Position numbers and translations under genes: made by a program. The notes below the pieces were generated by a model, which did not search any database, was not told the origin of the DNA, and saw only the letters and a program-made list of their open reading frames with translations. From Nemertoderma westbladi (Eukaryota; Animalia; Xenacoelomorpha): 64,000 nucleotides of DNA. Positions 48,558-61,376 of this stretch are shown here, in pieces; position 1 is the first letter of the stretch; each line of letters begins with the position of its first letter. The stretch covers positions 1 through 64,000 of the forward strand of contig JAUCBJ010001254.1 of assembly GCA_032718475.1 (NCBI GenBank), in the 5' to 3' direction.

Positions 48558-50203
48558 ATCTGCTATATATGAGTTTATCCATATTATAATGAGTTTATAT
48601 TTAGGCGAGCGGGCGTCGCTGCCTACCCCAATCAACCCCCGGACAGTACGAGATCCTCAGCGCCGATGTGTCGTCGCCGCTGTACTTTCGCCAACGACGT
48701 AGCCGCACAACGACAACGACAACCGGCACAAGTCACTCAACTGTCCGTCCCAAAGGCTTAGATGTACTTCAGGTTTTCCTTGGAGAGTTAGGTTACTTTT
48801 ACGATTGCGACTAGCTACTGTAAACACACCTTAGCAGTAACATTCACCTATAAACTCACAAATACCACACAACTGGTCACAACTACGCACATTCGGGCCA
48901 TTTGTCCGTTAGTCAATGCCTTCCAGAATGTCACTGTATTATTATGTATCCTTGGATACTAGTAGTGCGCTATTTATTCCCTATGCTATTCAATGGGACA
49001 AGCTTTCTATTGTTCGTTTAACTCAATTCTAATTCTAGCGTGGTTGTTGCTATGGTGACATTATGCAAAGCTAGCGGTAGAATTAGGGTAATTCCAATGC
49101 ATACAGATCTGGGATGTTATTTAATAGTATTCTTTAATAGTCAATGTTCGGTTTTATACATGACTTTATGAATTTTATCGGCTATTGACTATGTTTGGGA
49201 GACTTTCGCACACTCATATGCATAATAAGATAAATCTCCGCTCCCTTGATCTATTAATTAATGGAAATTTTGGGAATGTTATAAATTGTGTAAAAATGGC
49301 AATTTATTAAATTCATTAAAAGGCATGAATTTAAATTATTCCCTGAAATTTTATTATTTGATAATTAAATGGACATGTTTTGATTCTAGAACATGGCTGG
49401 GGACACAAGATCCTTAATTCTATGACAATTGTCTTTTTAAGAATATCGGTAAATGCTATGATATCTTAATTGACTAGAATTGTTGAAGGATCTGAATTTT
49501 ACAGATTTTGACTTATTAGATTTGCAAATATTAAATAATTAATATTTGAGATGGGCACCGATTTATTCCAGAACTTGCCTGGGGACGTTAACCACTGATT
49601 CTAGAATTTGTCTTTCAAGTATATCGGTGGGTGCCGCGATATCTTAATCGACTAGAATTACAGATGGTCAAAGGGTTTAACAGATTTATTTTGCGTTATA
49701 CGCTACTGTTAAAGGGACATCACGCTACTATATGTATTATTTAATATACGGTATGAGAGCAATATCGCACGAAGCAATGTCAGTGTGAAGAGGCAAGTCG
49801 TTTCCAAGGTCTACCCAGAGCTTGGTTTAGCCGAGACACGAGGATCTGAACTTTGCATTCCTAATACTCTGCCTACCAATAATACTTAAATATAGTAGTG
49901 GCTTTATTGTACTTTAATAAGTACGGATATGTCATCTTACTGTAGTTACGTATTTATAATATAATACGGACAGTAAGGAAAGAAGAAAAGAATTATTTCT
50001 TGCCGTCGCACTAAATATAATATAAGTAATTACGTACGCAATAAACACGAATATATTGCACTATTCTACTAAATAATCGCTAAATAATATTCTACTAAAT
50101 TAAATAAAACGATTATAATAAAATTACATAGTAATACATACATAAATATAAAAATAATAAAATAATATAAAATAATAGAGTCACACACCCACTCCATATG
50201 TTG

Positions 50204-53200
50204 TTACGTTATGGAGTCCCTAGATGTTTGAAGGATTAGGGAGGTGGTCGTGGGAAGAGAATCTTGCCTTCCACAGTTTCCGGAGAGTCCTCCATTCCCT
50301 TCCGATAAACACAAACGACCGACTGGGTGATTGAGTCGCTGCATCCTGAATACAATTCCAGGTTTCCTCTTCGTCCTGGAATAGTGACGATAGAAACATC
50401 GCTCAAAGTATATGACGGCGTCACAAAGCCGATTCCAGGAGCTATAGTGGTCCGTCGCTCTCTGCAGGAGAGGTGAGAGTCCCTGCGAGACGTCTGATGT
50501 TCCAGAGCTCCAATCGCTCTCTCTGATCTTCATGAAGGATCCACTCGCGGTGGGGAGGCCCAGATCCACGGCGTCGTCCCTGGCAACATGTAATACCGAC
50601 AGATCTATCCCGGGTTCAAATAACTCCGATCCACCCGTCCGGGTTTCAGGTTCGACTTTCTCCGCTCCCTTGGCTGGTCTAATCTCAGTCGGAGTAAGAT
50701 GGGGAGGCCATTCATTCTCCTTACTCAGGAAGTCGGGTTCACTTAACCGGTCTATAGTATCTGTCAGTTCTTGAGGAGTTGCTCCTCTGGAAGCGATGTC
50801 CGTTGGATTAAACTTCTTGGGGCAATATCTCCATTGATCTACATTGGAGCTAAGATTGTCATTATCTGAGGAGTGTGGTGTTCCCTCAGTTGGGTCGTCT
50901 CCCTCACTAGTATCATCTTCCCATTCACTCACCTGGCGGACGCGATCTTGAAGCAGTCTTTCTCTGAGCGTTCTTCGGGAAGGTCCAGTAAGGTACCAAC
51001 CTACTCTAGTTCTTACCGCATAGGTCTGTAGTGGCTGCGGTTGAGCAGGTCGTTTCTCTAATGTCTCCAGCGCCTCATGCGCGTTTTGGCCGATGAGTAT
51101 TTGCACTCCAGGATAATCAGTCTGGAATCGAGGTATGTTAAGATGTTGGATGCTCTCATCCTCGTCCCAATTATAAAGGTCTGCTTGAGTAGTAGCGAAG
51201 TTCTTTATAGCCACCATTTTCACTGACCTTATACTGTATTCTCCTAGTTTATCCTGTGGGGTGGACAACTCACCTATATAATAGTCGGCAGCTACAGTAG
51301 AATTCCAAACCTGCATGATCCCTGACATGTTTAGCTTGGTTCGGAACTTGGGTTGTCCAGCAAAGATGACTTCGGCTAGTTCTTTATCGATGAATGTTCC
51401 TGTGCTACCGGAGTCCAGGAGGGCGTTCACTATATAGCTCTTCTGAGGTCCGTGGACCCGTAACTGGACTACAGGAAATTCTCGGATTCCTATATTGGAA
51501 GTTGGCGCTTTCCAAGATGGTTGTTGATCGGAAGTAGTTAAGGTAAGGTCGCTGTCTGTGTCTTTCTCGTACACGAGTGTTCGATACACTGCGGTGGTGT
51601 TTATTAGGTAACAGGATTCGTTTTGGTCGGAGAACTCGTCCGTATAGAATCCTTCCATCTCAGATTGATCAGTGTCGTTCACATCACTGAATTGGACATG
51701 TAGTTCGGACTCACTTACCTGACTCGGGCTGTTTCGTTCGAATTCCGTGTGCAACAAGATATGATGTTTTGCGCCGCACTTTGCACACCTTGCGTCGGAG
51801 TTACAGGTTCGCCGTTGGTGTCCTCGTCTGAGGCAATTATAACACAACCGCTTATCCCACATGACTTCACGTCTATCCTCGAGTGATTTCCTCAGGAATT
51901 TATCACACGCATTTAAACGGTGGGGCCCATCGCACAGCACACATTTCGGCTTGATGTTACTTACCTTAACCTGTGCTATGTGGTGCACACTTGTTCTTTC
52001 CTCGGGCTTTCTCACCTGAATTCTTTTAGGAGACGTAGGAGGGGTTTTTTGTACCGGTTCCCTTCTGTCATTGGGTCGAGACTTGAATTTACTTACCTGG
52101 TCTTTAGGCGTTTTGTTGTCGTAGTAAGATCTCTCAGTGTCTTTCCCGCTATCCTCTCCTTGAGAAGTCTGGCTTTCGCCGTCGTCTGTATAACACACTG
52201 GTGTTACCCTTCTCCTAGAAACGGGTTTCTCACTTACCTTGTTTTCCAGTGTCTTCTCTCTGGACTGCCTTAGGAGCTGTAATTTCACTTCTCTATCTAA
52301 GAATGACATGAGATCAGCCATGGTAGGGTCTCGTCGTTGTTGTTCCATCATATATAACACTTTCTTGTCCCAGCGTGTACCTACTCCACCCTTGGGCAAA
52401 GTAGATGCTAGGGCTCCTACAACCATAGAATTCTGGTATTCATGAGACTTACCTAACCAATCTAGTTGTCTACAGATCTCCTGAATCTCGTCGGAAAACT
52501 CTATAATCCCGCTGCTAAGAAACTTTCGGGGCGCCATTAATTTCGCATATAAATACCTAGCTATGTTAGTCCTATTACCATACCTGATGTTTAGGGTATC
52601 CCAAACTTGTCTTAATCCATCTGGATGTCCAATAAATTTTAATGCCATTAACTTGGGAGATCCTTCCAAGCACTCGATGAGGTATCTAAGTTTCTCTCCA
52701 TTAGATAGCACAGAGTTCTGTATGTTATCTTTGTAATATTCATTAAAAGGTAACCATTTCATCTCATCTCCATTGAACTTGACGATCTCTCCCACCTTTA
52801 CCGCTTGCCGGGCTTCGGTTCTAGCCATTTGACGCGTAAAACTTTCTTGAGCCATCGTATTATTGAATATAGAATTATCGGTATATAAGTTTCTCGGATT
52901 AGGATCAGGTCTATATGGAATATTATTATCAACAGGTTTATAATCACCCTGAATAGGGTTTACTATAGGAGTTTCTACTTCACTAGCAGTATAGATGCGT
53001 GTAGGCTCTACACCTTGCGCATGAGATACTTCAGACCTAACGGGTTGACACATTGTTACAGGGGGTGGTGGTATACCCTTTTGTAAATTGACTAATTTAT
53101 CGCGTTCTAACGCGATACTTTGCTGCACCTTTTGCAACTCTAACCTACTTTCCCTGACTGTTCCCTTGAGCTGCTGGACAGTCTCTTCCATTTCCCGGAC

Positions 53201-53632
53201 CTGCTGAGAGGAGCACAAACAGTGTTCCCTCAGCTGCTCGAGCAGGAGACCCATCTCCCGTCGTCCCTCAGCTACCCACTCAACCGCCGAAGCGGGAGTC
53301 GCCAACGTTGTAGCGGGCGAGCGAGAGACAACGGGAGATAAATTCTTAATATCTCGCTCGGCGTCCAGGATGGGTTCGGACTCGGGAACAGTCCTACTGG
53401 GCACAGGTAGTTTAGTACTGTACAAAGGGAATTTATAGGCAGGTTCTGGGAGTACAGGTGTCTCTATCTTTCTTTCCGCTTCTACTGTTGCCATTGCCTC
53501 TGCCGCCTTTCTTTCCGCTTCTGCTGTTGCCATTGCCTCTGCCATCTTCCTTTCAAGACCCTGTCCAAGTCTAAGACTCATTCTAACACCTTCCAAAAGA
53601 CTATCTGACAGTGCCCGTTTTGTGTCAGACAT
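50204..53632 (-). CDS. gag: B2 Gag-protease fused in frame to the post-RNase H tail (1142 aa); no RT, RH or IN
   Basis: Gag core, three knuckles, ALLDSGS, GWYLTGP, then after a ~45-aa acidic linker QWRYCPKKFNPTDIASRG. Confidence 0.92.
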   Translation of the reverse strand: MSDTKRALSDSLLEGVRMSLRLGQGLERKMAEAMATAEAERKAAEAMATVEAERKIETPVLPEPAYKFPLYSTKLPVPSRTVPESEPILDAERDIKNLSPVVSRSPATTLATPASAVEWVAEGRREMGLLLEQLREHCLCSSQQVREMEETVQQLKGTVRESRLELQKVQQSIALERDKLVNLQKGIPPPPVTMCQPVRSEVSHAQGVEPTRIYTASEVETPIVNPIQGDYKPVDNNIPYRPDPNPRNLYTDNSIFNNTMAQESFTRQMARTEARQAVKVGEIVKFNGDEMKWLPFNEYYKDNIQNSVLSNGEKLRYLIECLEGSPKLMALKFIGHPDGLRQVWDTLNIRYGNRTNIARYLYAKLMAPRKFLSSGIIEFSDEIQEICRQLDWLGKSHEYQNSMVVGALASTLPKGGVGTRWDKKVLYMMEQQRRDPTMADLMSFLDREVKLQLLRQSREKTLENKVSEKPVSRRRVTPVCYTDDGESQTSQGEDSGKDTERSYYDNKTPKDQVSKFKSRPNDRREPVQKTPPTSPKRIQVRKPEERTSVHHIAQVKVSNIKPKCVLCDGPHRLNACDKFLRKSLEDRREVMWDKRLCYNCLRRGHQRRTCNSDARCAKCGAKHHILLHTEFERNSPSQVSESELHVQFSDVNDTDQSEMEGFYTDEFSDQNESCYLINTTAVYRTLVYEKDTDSDLTLTTSDQQPSWKAPTSNIGIREFPVVQLRVHGPQKSYIVNALLDSGSTGTFIDKELAEVIFAGQPKFRTKLNMSGIMQVWNSTVAADYYIGELSTPQDKLGEYSIRSVKMVAIKNFATTQADLYNWDEDESIQHLNIPRFQTDYPGVQILIGQNAHEALETLEKRPAQPQPLQTYAVRTRVGWYLTGPSRRTLRERLLQDRVRQVSEWEDDTSEGDDPTEGTPHSSDNDNLSSNVDQWRYCPKKFNPTDIASRGATPQELTDTIDRLSEPDFLSKENEWPPHLTPTEIRPAKGAEKVEPETRTGGSELFEPGIDLSVLHVARDDAVDLGLPTASGSFMKIRESDWSSGTSDVSQGLSPLLQRATDHYSSWNRLCDAVIYFERCFYRHYSRTKRKPGIVFRMQRLNHPVGRLCLSEGNGGLSGNCGRQDSLPTTTSLILQTSRDSIT

Positions 53633-55989
53633 GCTTATGTGTACAGTTGAATGTCTACTGCTGTATTACAGTCTGAGCAAGTCTAGTAACTCAGTATTAA
53701 CTGCTAGCCTAGTAATTAATTACCGGTACTGCTACTCAGTGTAGCGTGATATATATAATATATTAGAATACCGGTATGCTTATAGTATATATAACTATTA
53801 TTACAGACTAGGTTTATCACAGAATACCGGTATAATTTTAGCACAAATATATATAAATATATAATAGGCCTATCGGAATACCGGTATACAGCTTACAGTT
53901 TGTAGTATATATAATTCTGGACTAGAATTAATTACAAGTACCGGTATAATTTCAGCCTAAATTTATAGAAATAAAGATAATAGGCCTATCGTAAATACCG
54001 GTATGCAGTTTACACTTATAGTGTATATATATAAGTATAATTACAAACTAGAATTAATTACAAGTACCGGTATAATTTCAGCCGAAATTTATAGAAATAA
54101 AGATAATAGGCCTATCGTAAATACCGGTATATCAATTATTTTAAATAATTGAATTTCTGAATTTTAGGGTTACTTGGTTACTTTACTTACTTTATTACCG
54201 TTATTTGAGCAGTAATCCAACTGATATTGAGACCTAATGGTTGTATGGTAGGCCTACGATTTATAAATCGTTAGATTTGATTTATAATATATATATACCC
54301 GTTTTAATGGGTGTAGTCAATGTTTGAAATAAATGTTATTATTTCTGGGGTAATTACTACACAAAGCGGTACGCTTTCAGTGAAGTGTTACGTATAGGAC
54401 ACTAAAACAAATGATTCTAATTTACCTAAGTTACTTAATACTACAAATTACGTACAATTCGGGTGAGATTACAATCTCTAAATAAACACAAAAATTTACA
54501 AAAACACAAAATACGAATTTTTAGGGTAATTTTACAAGAAGTCTACAAACCAGTCTAACTAAGGGTTAGAATCTGGTTATTACAACGGACAGGGTACTAC
54601 GGTATTTGAAATAATAAGTAGTAGTAAGTACACTGCGTTGTCCAGATAGGAAAATACCACCGCCTGACGACCTATAGCCGTATCGCTATAGGTTCTACGT
54701 TATGTATCACGGAGTGTTCCTACCTAGAAGTTAATAGAGCTAATCGAACGTGCCTATCAACCACTTTACAACACAAATATAATGTCTACACTAATTACTT
54801 CGGAAAGTACTGTACACTAAACCCTAAATTAGGTACGAGTACTTGTACAACATATAATCAGTAGTTAAATATACTTGAACAGTTAAAAGAACCACGGCAT
54901 CTGCTGGAGTGACCGATGCACAAAATCACCAGTCTTTACCTACGCCAAGCAGCCCGTGTAGTACCGGGGTTAATTTAACTATAGCGGTATGTATAACAAA
55001 CACAATTACTGTAGGAACAAACTTGGGGAATGAATGTTGCGAATAATCGCATAAACTCTGAATAATAAATATTACGCTACGCGTACAAACTACTCAAACA
55101 AAATGCAGACCGAACACTGACAGACTACTATCAAGCCTAAACAAACTACGGTATATGCAGACTCCGAAATGATTAGGGAGTATGCGCTCTAACCCAGTAG
55201 TGCGACTTATTCTTTAGTTGGGGGTTTACCTTACAGCGTTCGCTGCCCCTACTTCCTAACCGTACTTAATCAGACAAATGATCTACACACACTGCAGTCC
55301 GTTCAGACCTAATAACAGCCGGACAACTATCCAGCCTACAAATTATCTAAATAAAATTATACGCTACCCGTACAGACTTACACAAACAAAGTACAGACTA
55401 AACGATGGCAGACTACTCTCAAGCCTAAATAAACTACAGGACATGCAGACTCCGAAATGATTAGGGAGTATGCGTTCTAACCCAGTAGTACGACTTATTC
55501 TTTAGTTGGGGGTTTACCTTACAGCATTCGCTGCCCCTACTTCCTAACCGTACTTAATCGGACAGGTGATCTACACACACTGCAATCCGTTCAGACTTAA
55601 CAGCAATCAGACAACAGCTCAGCCTACAAATCGTCTGTACAATCTGATCAGGTTTACACGCCTTCTGTTCAATACTGACCTACAAATAAATAAAACTGAC
55701 AGAAATAGGCCTAAGTAAAATCCCAATAAAAACCAGGCGTCCCCGATTAATTATTAAGACCTACCGGCATATATAATCAAATCGAATAATACTGCTGTAC
55801 TTGTACGGGAAGTACCGGTTAGGACAGTTAGGCCTACCGACCTACTGAAGTACCGGTTCTGGCAGTTGGACCTACGGGCCTACGGCAGTACCGGTTCTGG
55901 CAGTTGGGCCTACTGACCTACAGATGGACCGTTCAGGTTTACCGGTTGACCGGTACTTTCAACTTTATTGCTTACTGCAATAAAGAAGC

Positions 55990-56001
55990 TATATCCGTTA
56001 T
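55990..56001 (-). promoter_or_regulatory. Primer-binding position of B2 (complementary to own LTR)
   Basis: Sense ATAACGGATATA is the exact complement of sense TATATCCGTTAT at 56759-56770. Confidence 0.8.
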
Positions 56002-57211
56002 TGTTCGCGCTTTCAGACCTTTGGCAGTTTAACCCGCCAAATTAGGATGTCTTCTAGATAATAAATCACCTTTAGCCTATGACAAGTATTTAATTCACTA
56101 CACTAGTCGAAACCAATCTGTGCGCGATCATTCACCCGTTGGATATACCCGGGAGATTGGGTTCGACGGCTTAATTTTATTGCTATGTAAGCCTAATGTA
56201 TTATTCGACTGACAGTATTATATAATCTCTGACAATATTATTCACTTTCGGGAAATATTAACAGTTCCTTTAGGACGTGGCGCTCTATTTATACAAACAG
56301 AGTTATGACTTAAACTACTCACAACGATATGGCTTAGTTATAATTCACATATATGGCGCATTCTTTAGGAAATGCTTCGTTATCAGTCTCACTCATACAC
56401 AATGCTGCACAATACTGCACACTGATCTGCCGATCTTCACTGATTTTAGTCACATATAAAAGGAACACGGACCGAATCATGTAGGGTCTATCAAATAACA
56501 TTAGATTCACTTCAAACCACTCAACATAGGTCGCAATCATTTATCTGTAACCTTTCTCTCTTACCTTCGGTATATCAAGAATATTGGGTTTTCGGGGTTA
56601 TTTGTCGTTATTCCAAATATAATAATTCATCAACCATATTATGAAGAACTGACAGTAAATAGCAGTATAACAATATAAAGTATGCACAGTGTTACACAGT
56701 ATGCAGTGTATGCAGTACTGCAGTATGCAGTATGCAGTGATCAGACATCAGACATCAGATAACGGATATATGTCCTTATAATTAAGCCTACTAGTGTAGG
56801 ACTAAAAACTGAAAACACGGAGGTGCCAAAAGCCGGTTCTTAGGCTCTGGGCAAAAAATAACACTGAACTACTGAGTTTCTGTATACACCTCTAACACAG
56901 AGACAACAAACGCTCTGATTGGTCAACCTGAACAACGAGAGAACAAATAAACAAAGAAACGTCGACGTGGCAATATCAGCTGCTAGCCGTCGTCATGGTA
57001 GCGACACTGTTTTCAAGAGTATCGAGCTTTTACGTCACGGAATTACGGATTATGTCCTCTAAAGTACAAATACCGAAGAAATAGCTTTTATGTCCGCTAA
57101 AACACCAGTACAGCAAGGACACGGCCTTTTTATGCCTGGTAAACCAACTACAGAGTATTTTACGGGAAAAATAAGGAAAAATAACCGGACAATTCAGCAA
57201 AAGCTTTTACA
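56002..57211 (-). repeat. 5' LTR of B2
   Basis: Direct repeat of 45984-47193. Confidence 0.96.
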
Positions 57212-57216
57212 GCTTA

Positions 57217-58114
57217 AGATACCTAGATTCAACACAGACTACCCTGGAGTGCAAATACTCATCGGCCAAAATGCGCATGAGGCGCTTGAGACATTGGAGA
57301 AACGGCCTGCTCAACCGCAACCACTACAACTGGCCCTTCCCGTAGAACTTTCATGGAAAGGTTACCAAAAGAACGGGTATACCAAGTAAGTGAATGGGAA
57401 GCGGAGAGCAGTGAGGTAGACGACCCAACTGAGGGAACACCATACTCCTCAGATAATGACGATATTAACTCCAATGTAGATCAATGGAGACATTGCCCCG
57501 AGACGATTAATCTAGCCGACATCGCTTCCAGAGGAGCAACTCCTCAAGAACTGACAGATACTCCAGACTGGTTAGGTGGACCCTACTTCCTAAGTAAAGA
57601 AGATGAATGGCCTCCCCATCTTACCACGGCTGAGATTAGACAAGCCAAGGGAGCGGAGAAAGTCAAACCTAAAACCCGGACGAGTAAATCAAGGTTATTT
57701 AAACCCGTGATAGATCTGTCTGTACTACACATTGCCAGGGACGACGCTGTGGATCTAAACTCCCCCACCGCGAACCGATCTGTTGTGGAGATCAGAGAGA
57801 GAGACTGGAGATCTGGAACACCAGATGTCTCGCCGGGACTCTCACCTCTCCTGCCGGGAGCGATGGACCACTATAGATCCTGGAATCGGCTTTGTAAGGC
57901 CGTCGTGTATTTGAAGCGATGTTTTTATCGTCACTATTCCAGGACGAAAAGGAAACCTGGAATTGTATTCGAAACACAACAACTCAATCGCCCAGTTGGT
58001 CGTTTATGTTTACTGGAAAGAGACCGAGAACTGTCCGGAAACTATGGAAGGCAAGATACTCTTCCCACGACCACCTTCCTAATCCAACAAACATCTAGGG
58101 ACTCCCCAGCGTAA
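57217..58114 (+). pseudogene. Remainder of the B1 protease/tail ORF after the B2 insertion
   Basis: KIPRFNTDYPGVQILIGQNAH...QWRHCPETINLADIASRG, collinear with the B2 ORF. Confidence 0.88.
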
Positions 58115-59747
58115 CAGCGTCTGGAGTGGGTGTGTGACTATATTTTATATTTGTTTTTATTATTTTATATTTATGTATGTATTATTATGTAATTTTATTA
58201 TAATCGTTTTCTTTAATTTTATTTAGTAGAAGGTTATTTTAGCTATTATTTAGTAGATTAGTGCCATATATATTCGCGTTTATTACTTAATTACTTATAT
58301 ATTATATATTTAGTGCGACGGCGAGAAATAATTATTTTTCTCTTTCCTTACTGTCCGTATTATATTATAAATACGTGACTACAGTAAGATGAAATATCCG
58401 TACTTATTAAAGTACAATAAAGCTCCTACTATATTCAAGTATTATTGGTAAGTAGAGTATTAGGAATGCAAAATTCAGATCCTCGTGTCTCGGCTAAACC
58501 AAGCTCTGGGTAGACCTTGGAAACGACTTGCCTCTTCTCACTGACATTGCTTCTTGCGATATTGCTCTCATACCGTATATTAAATAATACATATAGTAGC
58601 GTGATGTCCTTTTAACAGTAGCGTAAAACGCAAAATAAATCTGTTAAACCCTTTGACCATCTGTAATTCTAGTCGATTAAGATATCGCGGCACCCACCGA
58701 TATACTTAAAAGACAAAATTCTAGAATCAGTGGTTAACGTCCCCAGACAAGTTCTGGAATAAACTGGTGCCCATCCTAAATATTCACTATTAATATTTAT
58801 AAAATCTGTCAAATTTTAGATCCTTTAAAATTCTAGTCTATTAAGATATCGTAGCACTTACCGATATTCTTAAAAAGACCAATTTCCTAGAATCAAGGAT
58901 CCTAGTCCCCAGACATGTTCTGGAATAAAATTGTGTCTATTTAATATTAAATAATAAAATTTATGGGAATAAATTTAAATTCATATTTTAATGAATTTGA
59001 TAAATTGTCATTTTTATACAATTTATAACATTCCCGAAATTCCATAAATTAATAGATCATGGGAGCGGAGATTCACCCTATTAAGTGTATTAGTGTGCGA
59101 GAATCTCCAATATATAGTCAATAGCCAATAAAATTCATAAAATCATGTATAAAGGGGATATTGACAATTAAAGAATTACTATTAAATAGCATCCCAGATC
59201 TGTATGCATGAGAATTACCCTAATTCTACTGCTAGCTTTCCATAATGTCACCATGGCAACAACCACGCTAGAATTAGAAGTGAGTTAAAAGAACAATAGA
59301 AAGCTTGCCCCATTGAATAGCATAGGGAGTAAATAGCACACTGCTAGTATCCAAGGATACATAATAATAACGTGGCATTCTGGAAGGCACTGACTAACGG
59401 ACAAATGGCCCGAATGTGTACGGTTTGTGACAGTTGTGTGGAATTTGTGCGTTTATAGGTGAATGTTACTACTAAAGTGTGTTTACAGTAGCGAGTCGCA
59501 ATTGTGAAAGTAGCCCTAACTCTCCAGTAAGAACCTGAAGTAAATCTAAGCCTATGGGACGGACGGTGGAGTGACTCGCGCTGGTTGTTGTGGTCGTTGT
59601 GCAGCTACTACGTTGGCGATAGGCACATCGGCGAAAGTACACCAGCGCTGAGGATCTTGCGCTGTCCGGGGGCCGAGAGGGGTAGGCAGTGACACCCGCT
59701 AGCCTAATTATAACTAATTATAATATTGATAAACTCATATAGCAGCT

Positions 59748-61298
59748 ATGACTGAGTTGATAGAAGATGATCTTGGTATCAGGGAGAAATATACTCTACC
59801 GTTGCAAGCGTTTGTTGATAGCTTGATACGCAGCGACGCTAGTCCAACTACTATGGAGGACGATGGTCGTTATATCGAACCGCCGATGTCCCAGGAGCAA
59901 CTTACGCGTGAATTGGACTATCGAAAATTCACTGCTCGCTATACGCATCGTAATGGTACGCATATGGACTTCTTAAATACTGGTCATCCTATCGATTTAC
60001 ACGATACGGACGATGTCGACACCGAAAGGGAAATGGTACTATTTAAATATCCTACCCAGCGGAGTCGGAACAATAAACTGAAAATCGAATGCGAAAATTC
60101 TATTCGAAATCGACTCGAAAGAGAAGACGTTAAAGAACCGGATAAACGCGGTAACTCCAACGTATATTTGGAATTCTTGAGAGAAACATTGTAAAACCGA
60201 ATAAATATCACCCACGTTTCCCCTACAAGACGTGCGTCTTTGGTATTATTGCGATGAGTGCCCAAGACCCAACCAACGAGCGGAAAGACGTGAACATCCG
60301 TAGAGACGTTGCTTTAAACACGGTTTTACTCGCTATATTTACGGGAGTTTCGAGCGAAACTTGTTCGATGTATCACCTACGCTCATTCGATTCAAACGAT
60401 CCTTAAATAAACCTATGATCAGAGTTCCGGAATACTTGGTCAGGCCTCCTCATTCCCTAGTTAGACTTCAGACTCTTGATCCTAATAGTATCACGGATCC
60501 TCCCAAACTGTACTCACTGTTCAAAGATCTAGTGTTACCCGAACAGTTAGTCGGTGGCACTCCGGTTGTGGGCTCCCTAAATATTCGCCCATCTTACCTA
60601 GCCGGATTGGGACACGGACATCTAATATCGCCATTCAATCGTATTATCGTCCTGGTTTAACCCGATACAACCTGTCACCGAGGCAGAGGAGAGAGTTGTA
60701 CGAAACGCGTTGGACACTATTCTTCAAAAGATCGGAAAAGGAACCTACAATTGTTTAGAGAAATGTAAATTGCAGCAACAAGTCCAAGCGGTAAACGAAT
60801 TAGCTTTATCTCAGTTCGATCAGGAAATCCAGAATCTCTAAGAAGATATCGAACCTGGATGGCTCTACTTTCTGCAAGAGTTTGGATAAATGTTTTCAAC
60901 GACAAGCGGAGGAAAATCAGCTCGAGGAGAAGCATATCGATCCCGATAGAGCCCGAGAACGCAAGTTGGAAAGAATCATCAAACCGAGGAAATTTCTCAC
61001 TATACACAGTCCACCTACCGCTATCGTTCAGACGACCCGTCAGGGACCAGTAAGAGCTGCTGTCTCAAAACACGCTCTCAAGGTTGTTCGACCTCGTTCC
61101 ACTGAGGTTGATACCGATCAACCGGGTACCTCGACCGGCGGATACACCGACCGTAACCCTAAACCTTCTGATGCAATTGTATTGCACCCTTCACCCAAGG
61201 GTTATAGCTCTCCTAGTAAAGTGGCTCGCCCCAAAGAGAAAAGGACTCTTGCTAGCCTCAAAAAACTGCGTAAACGCCGTCCGCGCAAGAAAAACTAA
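59748..61298 (+). pseudogene. Accessory ORF region of B1 in the env position (fragments 59748-60194, 60361-60660, 60882-61298)
   Basis: Sense-strand frames just before the PPT, homologous in B2; basic C-terminus KKLRKRRPRKKN; no recognised domain. Confidence 0.55.
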
Positions 61299-61376
61299 CT
61301 GTTTAGAGTATTTTTATATTTTAGAAACTGGGATTTTTTATATTTTATAGAATTAAATCCCATTTTCTGGGAGCGG

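Larger units (their letters stand above)
45984..57211 (-). mobile_element. Non-autonomous Bel/Pao element B2 (11.2 kb) nested in B1
   Basis: 1210-bp LTRs at 45984-47193 and 56002-57211 (2 differences seen); TG...CA; TSD GCTTA (45979-45983 and 57212-57216); PPT at 47194-47202. Confidence 0.96.
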
